Shown one piece after another: positions 55,488 through 64,000 of a DNA stretch of 64,000 bases. The stretch comes from Methanoregula sp. Lineage in GTDB: Archaea; Halobacteriota; Methanomicrobia; Methanomicrobiales; Methanospirillaceae. Under the pieces are notes generated by a model. That model saw only the letters and a list, made by a program, of their open reading frames with translations, did not search any database and was not told the origin of the DNA. The stretch covers positions 1,009 to 65,008 of the forward strand of contig PLLR01000058.1 of NCBI GenBank assembly GCA_003141335.1, read 5' to 3'. Position 1 is the stretch's first letter. Each line of letters starts with the position of its first letter. The translations under genes were made by a program, and so were the position numbers.

Positions 55488-55976
55488 TCATTTCTTTGTT
55501 GATGCCGCTGTTTTTCGTCTGGATTTTACTTTGCTCACTTCTTTTGTCTCACAAGGTATGCACCGTTCCATCTTCTCATCGAAGATACGGTAAGAGTTCG
55601 CGAGCACCGATGAGTTGGAGATCATACCAGCCAGCAGAATGACCTCAAGGATCTCTTCCCTGCTCGCACCCATTTTGAGTGCAGCCTGCATGTGGTATCC
55701 TGTGCAGTGTGGACATTTGAGTGCTGCTCCCACGGCCAGGCTGATGAGTTCCACATATTTTGGATCGAGAGGGCTGGTCTGAGCCACCGTACCCTTGTAG
55801 AGAAGATGGGAAATGAGTACCTCGGGGCGTTCCCCCATCCTTTTGAAGATTAGGGGTACACGCCCATATTCCACTTCGATCTTTTGCATCCACTCATCTG
55901 CAGTGACATCTGCGCCCTGCGCCACAATCTGCGCAAGCCGCTCTTCAAACTCTTCTTTGGTTGTTTTTTCCATCAT
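55488..55976 (-). CDS. carboxymuconolactone decarboxylase / AhpD-like family protein with CxxC
   Basis: 162 aa. CPHCTGYH is the AhpD/CMD motif. ATGA overlap with the mmp7 stop. Confidence 0.78.
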   Translation of the reverse strand: MMEKTTKEEFEERLAQIVAQGADVTADEWMQKIEVEYGRVPLIFKRMGERPEVLISHLLYKGTVAQTSPLDPKYVELISLAVGAALKCPHCTGYHMQAALKMGASREEILEVILLAGMISNSSVLANSYRIFDEKMERCIPCETKEVSKVKSRRKTAASTKK

Positions 55977-56911
55977 ACCACCATGTTCGTTTCTGAGAAG
56001 GGCAGGATTTTTACAAGGATATAGTCCCTCATTCGGGAGGGAACAACTTCGGATATATCCCCGAGTAATATCCCGTCCTCGACCTCGAGCTTCCTGAGAT
56101 CCCCGGCAAACGTATCATAAGGCAGCTTAACCCGGAGCCCGGCCATCTGCACCGTGAGGGGTGTTGGAGAAGTGACCGCATGAATGGCAGGTACCTTTTC
56201 TTTAATTAAACCCATAAGTCTCGCAGGAGAAACAGAGAGCGGGTCTTTCTGGATTTCTTCACGCTTTTTTTCAAGAACCCGTGTGATCTCGGCAACGATC
56301 TCATCAAGCTTACCAATTTCATCGGCCTCTTTCGTCCGGCGCATGAACCTGCCGACATTACCGACATATCCGTCTACCGGTGGATCAATAATCTTTTTTA
56401 GGGTTTCTTTGTCCGGACCCCCGCAGACCACGACAGGTACCTCAATCCCTCTTAGAAGTGTGGGCATTTTGTATTCAATACAGGTTTCAAAATTACCCAT
56501 AAGGTATACTGCAATATCGTGTTCGTTGATGACATCCCGTTCCTCATCATTTAATCCGGCGATCCTTTTTCCCGGGCCGCGTGCGAGACTGACCATGTTG
56601 CTCTTGGCCCCGATCCGCCGCACATATTCCGCGATATCACAGGACGGGTGTGGCAGGTGGTGGATCTCAAGGCTCATACTGACGATTGCAATCTCTGTGC
56701 CGACAAGTGGCGTATCGGTCACTTCCCCAAAAATCGGCTTTGCGACCTGCCGGATAAGTTCGATATCCTCACGGGGAACAAAGCACTGGAGTACGACCTC
56801 CGCAGCGATCACGTGTTTTTGGATAATATACCCGCCAAGATCCTCAATAAGATCGGTAACTATATCGTGCTGGTAGATACCTCCCCTGTAGGTGATTGGG
56901 ACAAGTGTCAT
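55973..56911 (-). CDS. mmp7: methanogenesis marker protein 7
   Basis: 312 aa. Assigned from size, position in the conserved marker cluster and family resemblance. No search was run. Confidence 0.65.
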   Translation of the reverse strand: MTLVPITYRGGIYQHDIVTDLIEDLGGYIIQKHVIAAEVVLQCFVPREDIELIRQVAKPIFGEVTDTPLVGTEIAIVSMSLEIHHLPHPSCDIAEYVRRIGAKSNMVSLARGPGKRIAGLNDEERDVINEHDIAVYLMGNFETCIEYKMPTLLRGIEVPVVVCGGPDKETLKKIIDPPVDGYVGNVGRFMRRTKEADEIGKLDEIVAEITRVLEKKREEIQKDPLSVSPARLMGLIKEKVPAIHAVTSPTPLTVQMAGLRVKLPYDTFAGDLRKLEVEDGILLGDISEVVPSRMRDYILVKILPFSETNMVV

Positions 56912-57489
56912 GGCACTTCCCCCATAAGCGCAAATTTTTCCCTGATGATCTCATCGATATTCTCGGGAAGGGTGTTCTCACTTGCCACAAATGAGAATTT
57001 TTCTTTGCTGAATGTCTCGCTTCGCAGGCGGAACCCTTCCGGTGCAATACACCGGAATGCATAGATGAGATCCTTGTAGAGCGACTCGCTCGGATCGGCA
57101 ACAATAATCTCTTCGATCTCTTTGAGTTCTGCCTTGACATCATACAGGATCACGGTGAAACGGTCCGGCTGTTCCACATGGTCTTTGCCGAATTTCTGCC
57201 AGAAAATCTTGAGCATGGGTGCAAGGTATGTTTCATCTGAAATAACGAGGGTGATCTTGCCTTCCAGAGGATTCACATTGGCAAAATCCCCTACACGGAC
57301 GCGTGTGGTGATCTTTTTCAATATGCCTACTGCAACAAAGATCGGCACCTTCGGATCGATATAGATATGCAGCTTATGGATAACTCTCAGGAGGTTGTAG
57401 TCAAGCAGGACGTCGTTTGTGATCTGCCTGTAGTACTCAGCGCCCACCGGCTCGGTGCATTCGACTTCAAAGTACTCAATGGCAAGCAT
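56908..57489 (-). CDS. mmp17: methanogenesis marker protein 17
   Basis: 193 aa between marker 15 and marker 7. Assigned from size and synteny. Confidence 0.6.
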   Translation of the reverse strand: MLAIEYFEVECTEPVGAEYYRQITNDVLLDYNLLRVIHKLHIYIDPKVPIFVAVGILKKITTRVRVGDFANVNPLEGKITLVISDETYLAPMLKIFWQKFGKDHVEQPDRFTVILYDVKAELKEIEEIIVADPSESLYKDLIYAFRCIAPEGFRLRSETFSKEKFSFVASENTLPENIDEIIREKFALMGEVP

Positions 57490-58728
57490 CTAATCGTCCT
57501 TTATAAATCCTGATACAAGCAGCGCCGACCCCACAGCACCAATATACTGTGAATAGGGAGGTACGACTATCTTTGTCTGGAGCAGTTCACCCATTGCAAA
57601 CACAAGCCCCTCAATGAGTGACGTGCCCCCGACCATGATCACCGGCTCTTTGATATCAACTTCCTGCAGCTGCTGTTCAAAAACCTGTTCGGCTACACTG
57701 TGACACGCAGCGGCAGCCACATCCTCGCGGGTACTACCTGCTGCGAGTGCGTTGACCAGGCTCTGCGTCCCGAAAACGATACAGTAACTGTTCATAGGCA
57801 CACGCCCGCCGATTCCTTTCATGGAAAGCGGGCCGAGCTCGGTGATATCGACGCCGAGCCGTTTTGCCGTCATCTCAAGGAACCTGCCGCTTGCACCGGC
57901 GCAGATGCCTCCCATCGTGAACACACCCGGGATGCCATCCATCACCGAGATCGCCTTGTTGTCCATCCCGCCTATATCAATAACGGTTGCGGGCCCATGC
58001 TGCCGGTTGGCAAGATATACAGCTCCCTTCGAGTTTACTGTCAGTTCTTCCTGGATGAGGTCAGCATGGATCTCTCTCCCCACAAGGAAACGGCCGTAAC
58101 CCGTAGTTCCGACTGCCTGCACCTCATCACGGGTGATTCCCGCTTCCTGTAGGGCATGGGCAATCACCTCCTGAGCACTTTTTATGACCTCGATTGTGGG
58201 TTGCCAGCCGGTACCGATAATCCTGTTGTCCTTCATCACGACCGCTTTTGTAGTTGCGGAACCCGAGTCAACCCCCAGTGTTATGCCCTGCTGGGTTTCA
58301 CGGGCGAGCAGTGCGCGACGCCGGGCGATGGTGGTGAGAGCTTCCATACGGGTAAGGAGTGTTCCGGAGGTAGTCCGCTCAGTAAAGGAGTAACTGACAA
58401 CCGGAAGTTTTGAGTTTTCATGAATGTAGCGCCTGAGTTCGTTTCTTACAATTGCTGCTTCAGCGCACCGGAAACAGGTGGCGATGAAGACCGCGTCTGC
58501 CTCCACCCGCCCCTCCACGAGTGCCATAGCCCTGGCAATGGTGAGTTTTAAGTCCGGGCTCCTCACATCCAGCCCGAACTTATCAAAATCGCGGCGTATG
58601 TCTTTGAGGGCGACATCCGGGAAAAAAATCTCGCCGCCTACTTCTCGTGCCGCGGCATCGATCTCGTGCTGGATACCAGAATATTCCGGACCACAGGAGA
58701 GTTGTGCAATGCGTACAGGGGGTGTCAT
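57490..58728 (-). CDS. mmp15: methanogenesis marker protein 15 (BadF/BcrA/HgdC-type ASKHA ATPase)
   Basis: 412 aa with [14 protein letters not shown] and [15 protein letters not shown] phosphate motifs. Confidence 0.78.
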   Translation of the reverse strand: MTPPVRIAQLSCGPEYSGIQHEIDAAAREVGGEIFFPDVALKDIRRDFDKFGLDVRSPDLKLTIARAMALVEGRVEADAVFIATCFRCAEAAIVRNELRRYIHENSKLPVVSYSFTERTTSGTLLTRMEALTTIARRRALLARETQQGITLGVDSGSATTKAVVMKDNRIIGTGWQPTIEVIKSAQEVIAHALQEAGITRDEVQAVGTTGYGRFLVGREIHADLIQEELTVNSKGAVYLANRQHGPATVIDIGGMDNKAISVMDGIPGVFTMGGICAGASGRFLEMTAKRLGVDITELGPLSMKGIGGRVPMNSYCIVFGTQSLVNALAAGSTREDVAAAACHSVAEQVFEQQLQEVDIKEPVIMVGGTSLIEGLVFAMGELLQTKIVVPPYSQYIGAVGSALLVSGFIKDD

Positions 58729-59171
58729 TTCGAAGCTCCCAGCTCCGTGAGGAATCGTTTGATGGCAGCAACGAATTTCACGCCTTCCTCCTCATTCTTC
58801 GGGTAGTACAGCTCGAGCTTTGGGATCTCTTTCTGATGAATGAGGAACTTAATCAGCTCATTGGTGCGGGCACATCCCATGCACCCAAATGCGAGGTCTG
58901 CATCGTTGATGATGATCGCCGCCTCACACTCCCCGATCATCGGCCCATAGAGTGACATGCGGCCCCGAACACCGGCAGGTACTTCGACTGCAGCCCACTT
59001 CAGTCCTTTTTTGGGCTCATCGGGAGTGATCTGGAGTGGGGCGGATTCGAGTCCTGCAGTCTGGATGCGTTCACGGATGGCTGTGGCGGACGAGAGGGGC
59101 GTGTGCCCGAAGCGTGCCACCATGTCAGAGAGGATCAGGCTCGTTGCAGGGTAGATGAATACTTTTACCAT
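58725..59171 (-). CDS. mmp5: methanogenesis marker protein 5
   Basis: 148 aa with the N-terminus [30 protein letters not shown] overlap with mmp15. Confidence 0.68.
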   Translation of the reverse strand: MVKVFIYPATSLILSDMVARFGHTPLSSATAIRERIQTAGLESAPLQITPDEPKKGLKWAAVEVPAGVRGRMSLYGPMIGECEAAIIINDADLAFGCMGCARTNELIKFLIHQKEIPKLELYYPKNEEEGVKFVAAIKRFLTELGASK

Positions 59172-59172
59172 G

Positions 59173-59631
59173 TCAGGACTCCTGTGCGTCGATCAGTTTC
59201 TTGAGTTTATAGATGTCCAGTGCCTTATGCTCCATCGGATTTTCTGGTGCAGGGATTGAATTCTCATCATGGTTTTTAAGCTCCTCAAGCCCGTGCGAGA
59301 TATAGGGGATGATGGTCATCTCGTGCTCCATACCATTGTATCCGGGCCTTGCACCGCCGAGATTCGCCCGGCAGCGGCGGGCATCGCCGGGAGGGAAGCC
59401 CCGGTCTTTTACAAAGATATGATCGGGATCGATCTTCCGCAGTTCGGCGATAATGCGGTCGACCTCTTCCTCTTTGCCATTAATGACAATCCCAAAACAG
59501 GTCTCCTTGATCATTGCACCCTGCGAGATCTCATAGGCATGTAGAGCAAGATCAGCCGGAGTAACGTCAAACGACTCCACCACCACGTACTTAGTTACGG
59601 TACCTACATGTGTCGGAGCATATTCGGTCAC
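59173..59631 (-). CDS. mmp6: methanogenesis marker protein 6
   Basis: 152 aa. KETCFGIVINGKEEEV...IFVKDRGFPPGDARRCRANLGGARPG is a marker-6 pattern. Confidence 0.72.
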   Translation of the reverse strand: MTEYAPTHVGTVTKYVVVESFDVTPADLALHAYEISQGAMIKETCFGIVINGKEEEVDRIIAELRKIDPDHIFVKDRGFPPGDARRCRANLGGARPGYNGMEHEMTIIPYISHGLEELKNHDENSIPAPENPMEHKALDIYKLKKLIDAQES

Positions 59632-61169
59632 CGTTTTACCTCCCTGATATACACATTCTCCTTCTCCTTTACTTTTTTCAGTTTTTCCGTATCGATAACA
59701 CGCCCAAGAATATTGGTACCTTCAAATGGTTCGGATGTGGGACCGAACTCTTTATTTGCCGAAAGGCGCGCACCCACTAATCCGGAACCTTTTCGGGAAT
59801 CATTGGTTATTGCAAGTGCTGCTGCAGGGACCTCCTCCTTAGGTGTATTCTCAGGATTGATCTTTGTCCCTGGCGGGATGGTTGATCTGAACAGAACTAC
59901 ATCATCGAATTTAAAAAAGACCGGTATCATCCCGGCATCATGTTGTTTAAGTCCTGTAATACGGCGGAATATATCGCAGCTGACGGGTGCTTTTTCGTCA
60001 TCCAGCTCAATATCTATCACTTTTTCCAGAGAGGCTGTCGTTACCGTAACCATCCGCTCTTTGAGGACATCCAGGGTATTACCCGGATCCTGCGAAACAA
60101 CAATCCTCTCACCCTCTTCTTTATCAACGTTAAGTGAAATTTTCTCTGCTGCGGCGATCTCCTTTGCCTTCGTGAGAGGGAGTCCGAGAAGGTCTATCCG
60201 TTGTGGCAGAACACTGATGGTGAGGATATCCTGCTCTTTTGCAAGTTTTACCAGTTCAATGCCATGAACAACCTGGCCAACTACATCATGAACGAAACTG
60301 CTGGGCACATCATCCCGGTAAATATAGATACTTCCAGCCAGTTTCCCCGTGGTTCGCACGGTAACCGTTCCCTCCCTGCGTGGGTGCCGGTATTCTGTAT
60401 CAATATCCGAAGTGCCGGCGAGCCGGGTATCGAGGATATGTGTGCTCGTTGCCCGCCCGACCATAAACCTCCCGGACTTGAGTGCAAGGAGCATGTGTTC
60501 CACGCTGCCTGCAGCCTCCGTGGTAATCTTGCCGGGTGTGTACCCCTGAGCCATAATCTTCACGTGGGTGACGATCTGCATCCCGTCTTCGATACCAATG
60601 TTCATGTCAGTTGTGGTGAAGGAACGGCTGGTGTCCGCCCAGCTTATGACTGGTTCAATGCCCGTGATGCGGTCTCCTGTTGCCCAACGGTCGAGCACCG
60701 CTTTACCGCTTACGACTTTTGCAAAGATCCCTCCACTTTCGTCAGCCCCGTGATCTGCAGAATGACGGGTTTTGGAAAAAATCAGATAGGATCGTGCCGG
60801 TTCATAGCCCCCACAACCAAGGATCACATCCCCCCGTTCGTAGACGTGGGGTTTGCGCAGCGGATGAATAGGAGAGGGGAAAGGTCCGAACGCTGCCGCG
60901 TAACGATCTTCCCAGTGGAGGGTGAGTTTTTGCACAATTTCCGAAGATTTAAGGAAATCATCATTCCACCCGGTAATCTCAATGGTAATTTCCCCCGCGG
61001 TGGTACTGATTGTAAGATTACCCGTCTTTGCCTGCTCCTTGGTTGCAGGGCGAATAATCCCCACACTACAGCCAGGTGGATGGTGGGAAAAGATAGAACC
61101 GAGTGTACTTCGCTCACCGACTTCCATCCTCTCTCCATCGAGGTGGATGGTAATCATTGCTCTCCTCAT
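59628..61169 (-). CDS. mmp3: methanogenesis marker protein 3
   Basis: 513 aa, directly downstream of atwA with 4-nt overlaps on both sides. Assigned from size and synteny. Confidence 0.68.
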   Translation of the reverse strand: MRRAMITIHLDGERMEVGERSTLGSIFSHHPPGCSVGIIRPATKEQAKTGNLTISTTAGEITIEITGWNDDFLKSSEIVQKLTLHWEDRYAAAFGPFPSPIHPLRKPHVYERGDVILGCGGYEPARSYLIFSKTRHSADHGADESGGIFAKVVSGKAVLDRWATGDRITGIEPVISWADTSRSFTTTDMNIGIEDGMQIVTHVKIMAQGYTPGKITTEAAGSVEHMLLALKSGRFMVGRATSTHILDTRLAGTSDIDTEYRHPRREGTVTVRTTGKLAGSIYIYRDDVPSSFVHDVVGQVVHGIELVKLAKEQDILTISVLPQRIDLLGLPLTKAKEIAAAEKISLNVDKEEGERIVVSQDPGNTLDVLKERMVTVTTASLEKVIDIELDDEKAPVSCDIFRRITGLKQHDAGMIPVFFKFDDVVLFRSTIPPGTKINPENTPKEEVPAAALAITNDSRKGSGLVGARLSANKEFGPTSEPFEGTNILGRVIDTEKLKKVKEKENVYIREVKR

Positions 61170-62779
61170 GCAGCAGGCTGGCTCATGAGCTTGCGCTCTT
61201 CTTCGGTGAGGATCGCGAGCACGTCTGCTGTCTTGCCTATTTGCACGATCTTACCGCCACGCATAAGTGCCAGCCGGTCACAGATGTCCCGCACAAATTC
61301 CATGTCATGCGAAACGACAATGAAGGTTTCCTCCATCTCTTCGCGTGAGTGCATGATTGAGTGCTTCACATCGATCTTGGTGATGGGATCCATCGTGCCG
61401 GTCGGCTCATCAAGAATCACAAGCCGTGGTTCACGGATGAGGACCTGGGCGAGAGCCACACGGTGCCGTTCTCCCTCGGAGAGTTGCGCGGGCATCCGTT
61501 CAAGGATCTCCCTGCTCTTCTCATCAGAGAATCCTGACATTTTGAGGGTTACGAGCGCCTTTCGCATAGCGAGCTCTTTTGGGAACTCCAGCCCGATCGC
61601 ATCCGTGAGGTTGTCAAGGACCGTACGATGGGGAAAAAGGTCATATTCCTGATGGAGGAGTCCGATATACTCTTTTGCTCTCCCACGCTGATCGATACCG
61701 GCTTTTGTCATATCGACCCATTCCTCCCCGATCTTAATATTGATCTCACCGCTGGTGGGTTCGATGATACCGGCGATGATCCGTGAAAGGGTTGTCTTTC
61801 CCGCCCCGCTTTTTCCGATGATGCCAAAAATCTCTTTGGTGTAGACATCGAAATTGACGCCATTGACCGCTTTTACAACACCCCGGTCAACGGAAATATA
61901 TCGTTTGGTTAGATCTGAAGCAGCAACGATCTTCTCACCCAACTCGGCCTCTTCATACTTCTCACTGTCGTCATAACCCTTCATGAATTGCTGGATGACG
62001 TCTTTTGGCGTTCCGATCGTGGCAATCTCACCGTCTGCCAGGAGGATCGCACGATGCGCCACATCCTCGATTACCTGGGAGAAGTGGGAGGTGACAACCA
62101 TTCCCATATTGTTTGTCTTTGCCGCCTCTGAAAGCATTGAATGCACTATCCGTGCAGTACCGGGATCGAGTGTGCCGGTCGGCTCATCGGCAAAGAGCAT
62201 GAACGGTTCCTTTGCAAGCTGACGGGCGAGGACTACCCGCTGTTTTTCTCCGCCCGAAAGATCACGGGCGATATGCATCATCCTGTGGGATAATCGTACC
62301 TCATCGATAAGGTCAGCAGCACGGTTGATGGCCTTTTCCGGGGGGTAATCGATATCATCGAGAGCATGGAGCACATTTTCGATGACCCGGTCATCACCGT
62401 ACAGTGCGAAGGTACGCTGGAACATGATCGCGGTCCGCCGCATAAGCCGGCGTTTCAGCGTCTCGTTGCTCTCGTTCCAGAGATCCACATCACATGCTGA
62501 GAGCATGCCACCGCAATGAGGACATGTTTTTCCCGCGGCACTCCCGACATCCATGTAATCGCAACCATTGCACGCCGCTACATGGTATATAACCCGCCCG
62601 CTTGTCGGGGGCTGCTCCACGCCCCTTATGAGATGCATGAGTACCGTCTTACCTGCGCCACTCCTGCCAATAATTCCCAGGATCTCCCCTTCGGCAATCT
62701 CAAAAGAAATGTTCTTGAGTACCCTCGTGCTATCAAAATCCATGCAGAGATTGTCGATCGTGATCAGTGGAGCCTTCAT
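61166..62779 (-). CDS. atwA: methyl-coenzyme M reductase system component A2 (double ABC ATPase)
   Basis: 537 aa. Two ABC cassettes: GRSGAGKT/LSGGEKQR/LFADEPT and GKSGAGKT/LSEGERHR/ILDEPT. A Cys-rich insert (CNGC...CPHC) lies in cassette 1. Confidence 0.9.
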   Translation of the reverse strand: MKAPLITIDNLCMDFDSTRVLKNISFEIAEGEILGIIGRSGAGKTVLMHLIRGVEQPPTSGRVIYHVAACNGCDYMDVGSAAGKTCPHCGGMLSACDVDLWNESNETLKRRLMRRTAIMFQRTFALYGDDRVIENVLHALDDIDYPPEKAINRAADLIDEVRLSHRMMHIARDLSGGEKQRVVLARQLAKEPFMLFADEPTGTLDPGTARIVHSMLSEAAKTNNMGMVVTSHFSQVIEDVAHRAILLADGEIATIGTPKDVIQQFMKGYDDSEKYEEAELGEKIVAASDLTKRYISVDRGVVKAVNGVNFDVYTKEIFGIIGKSGAGKTTLSRIIAGIIEPTSGEINIKIGEEWVDMTKAGIDQRGRAKEYIGLLHQEYDLFPHRTVLDNLTDAIGLEFPKELAMRKALVTLKMSGFSDEKSREILERMPAQLSEGERHRVALAQVLIREPRLVILDEPTGTMDPITKIDVKHSIMHSREEMEETFIVVSHDMEFVRDICDRLALMRGGKIVQIGKTADVLAILTEEERKLMSQPAA

Positions 62780-62814
62780 AGTACTCTTATACTAAATGTG
62801 ATACTTGTGGCATA

Positions 62815-63672
62815 TTACCTTTTATATGATGCATTACAGTCGTCACGATCGAAATGTCCTGTCGATGTGAGCAACTCCTGCACAATAGTAACCACTTCAC
62901 TCACGTTTTTTACCACATAATCAGCTTCCTTGTAGAGTTCTTCCGGCCGGTCTGCGGCCTGCTGGATAGTAAGTATTGAAATATCGGCATTCTGCATGGC
63001 ACATAAGTCATTGATCCCATCGCCAACCATCAGCACCTTGTCGTATTCCTGCCGGAGATCGTTGACTATCTGCGCTTTTACCGTCGGTGTTGCTACGCCA
63101 TACACCCTGTCGCGGGGAATCCCCAGGTGGTCTGCCATCTTTTCCAGTTTTGTAACCCTGTCACCGGATGCGATGAAGACTGGCACTCCCATGCGGTGGA
63201 GGGCGGTGATCGCCTCTTTTGCACCGTCGAATGGCCAGCCACCGGCAGTTATGGCAAATTCTATACACTTGTCTGCCATGTTGACAATCGCACCGCTGTT
63301 TAAGGTTACGATCGATTCTGCTTTACAGACAGTCCAGACATTCCGGATACATTCCTGAAGATCACTCACGCGGACCCGCTGGTCAGTATAGAGAATATCC
63401 CCGATCTCTTCTGCGGTAACAATCTTTCTGGTGCAGCTCACCCCGAATCCAACATTATGTTCTACAAGGTAGGAAGAAAGCAGCATTTCGCCCGGCGTTT
63501 TCATTATATCCTTTGAGTGCACGGGCAAAACAACGAGCACGCGATCCGGTGAACTGAACGTCAGGGTAGTAGTCTCGATACCGGGCAGCAGTTTTTTGTT
63601 GCTGATATCCTTTGCAACCCGGTAGGTGTTCAGGAGTGTTCCCGCACTGTCAAAAACAACTGCAACCGACAT
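62815..63672 (-). CDS. soluble P-type-ATPase-like HAD family protein
   Basis: 285 aa. FDSAGTLL resembles P-type DKTGT and VGDGINDLCAMQNADISI resembles the GDGxND hinge. There are no TM segments. Confidence 0.72.
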   Translation of the reverse strand: MSVAVVFDSAGTLLNTYRVAKDISNKKLLPGIETTTLTFSSPDRVLVVLPVHSKDIMKTPGEMLLSSYLVEHNVGFGVSCTRKIVTAEEIGDILYTDQRVRVSDLQECIRNVWTVCKAESIVTLNSGAIVNMADKCIEFAITAGGWPFDGAKEAITALHRMGVPVFIASGDRVTKLEKMADHLGIPRDRVYGVATPTVKAQIVNDLRQEYDKVLMVGDGINDLCAMQNADISILTIQQAADRPEELYKEADYVVKNVSEVVTIVQELLTSTGHFDRDDCNASYKR

Positions 63673-63729
63673 GGTAATACCCGGTGATAAACTCTATGTA
63701 CTTTTCTGAACATTGAATCATTGAAGCTG

Positions 63730-64000
63730 ATGTTCGTAACTGAAACCGTAAAGAAGATAAAGAGCATGGAGATCCGGGGTGCCGGCCGGATTGCGCGTGC
63801 GTGTGCTGAAGCACTCCGACGCCATGCCACAGAGTCCCGGGCTGGTGATCTTGCGTCTTTCCGGAGGGAAATGGAGAGTGCTGCGCAGGTTCTTGTCGCC
63901 ACGCGCCCAACCGCGGTCTCGCTCCCGAATGCTGTTCACCTTGTTATGTCGGGACTTGAGCAGGCAGTAACCCTCGATGAGGCGCGAAACGGGGTGATTG
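63730..64000 (+). CDS. eIF-2B alpha/beta/delta family protein, likely ribose-1,5-bisphosphate isomerase (5-prime partial, runs off the window)
   Basis: The open frame from ATG 63730 reads MFVTETVKKIKSMEIRGAGRIARACAEAL...ATRPTAVSLPNAV, the family N-terminal pattern. It is absent from the ORF track because it has no stop in the window. Confidence 0.65.
   Translation, partial: MFVTETVKKIKSMEIRGAGRIARACAEALRRHATESRAGDLASFRREMESAAQVLVATRPTAVSLPNAVHLVMSGLEQAVTLDEARNGVI

Noticed and set aside
60201-61652. A 483-aa ORF on the + strand spanning the mmp3/atwA junction.
   Set aside because: It is antisense to two well-supported genes. Its composition (very rich in Ser/Arg/Cys, no recognisable motifs) is typical of the mirror frame of GC-biased coding sequence. 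It also crosses a gene boundary on the other strand.
1-64000. A scan for CRISPR arrays, rRNA/tRNA genes, transposases, integrases and toxin-antitoxin or known defence genes.
   Set aside because: I recognised none by eye. The only repeats found are the ORB-like elements, the mirrored operator-like motif and short words reported above.

Overview
Densely coding archaeal chromosomal window of about 70 genes. Gene content points to a hydrogenotrophic methanogen resembling Methanomicrobiales; the taxon is inference. (1) 48-8147 (-): a complete 14-gene Mbh/Mrp-type group-4 [NiFe] hydrogenase operon (mbhA-N order), mostly joined by 4-nt start/stop overlaps. It faces cooC-cooC-cdhABCDE-RACo (8380-18951, +; CODH/acetyl-CoA synthase) across a 232-bp divergent control region holding a shared mirrored motif. 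A membrane pyrophosphatase follows (19523-21610). (2) 21.7-25.8 kb is a small decayed patch. It holds three C-terminal-only gene relics (V-PPase, flavodoxin-like, ICMT-like), a Csa3/CARF-like wHTH regulator candidate, a helical hypothetical, a YHS-domain protein and an AlkD-like gene. (3) A housekeeping run (pdxST, cbiB, trm112, purA, aminotransferase, lrp) ends at orc1/cdc6. Next to it is an AT-rich 0.8-kb spacer with inverted ORB-like repeats, which I predict to be oriC. (4) moaB, cgi121, hel308, KH protein, rio1, tyrS, gap, tsr3 and a TudS-like/nucleoside-deoxyribosyltransferase-like fusion. (5) A surface-glycosylation module (wecB, GT39, GT2, flippase-like), an EF-Tu paralogue with a degenerate G domain, lemA-DUF2207, a PPC protein, ygiQ and manC. 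(6) The methanogenesis-marker / MCR-activation cluster (atwA-mmp3-mmp6-mmp5-mmp15-mmp17-mmp7) with a translationally coupled AhpD-like CxxC protein. It is followed by a soluble P-type-ATPase-like HAD protein and a partial eIF-2B-family gene at the window edge. I recognised no rRNA, tRNA, CRISPR array, transposase or integrase. The most unusual item is a small Cys-rich ORF coupled to RACo that carries one in-frame TGA exactly at an expected CxxC cysteine position. All family assignments come from motif and synteny recognition by eye, not from database searches.
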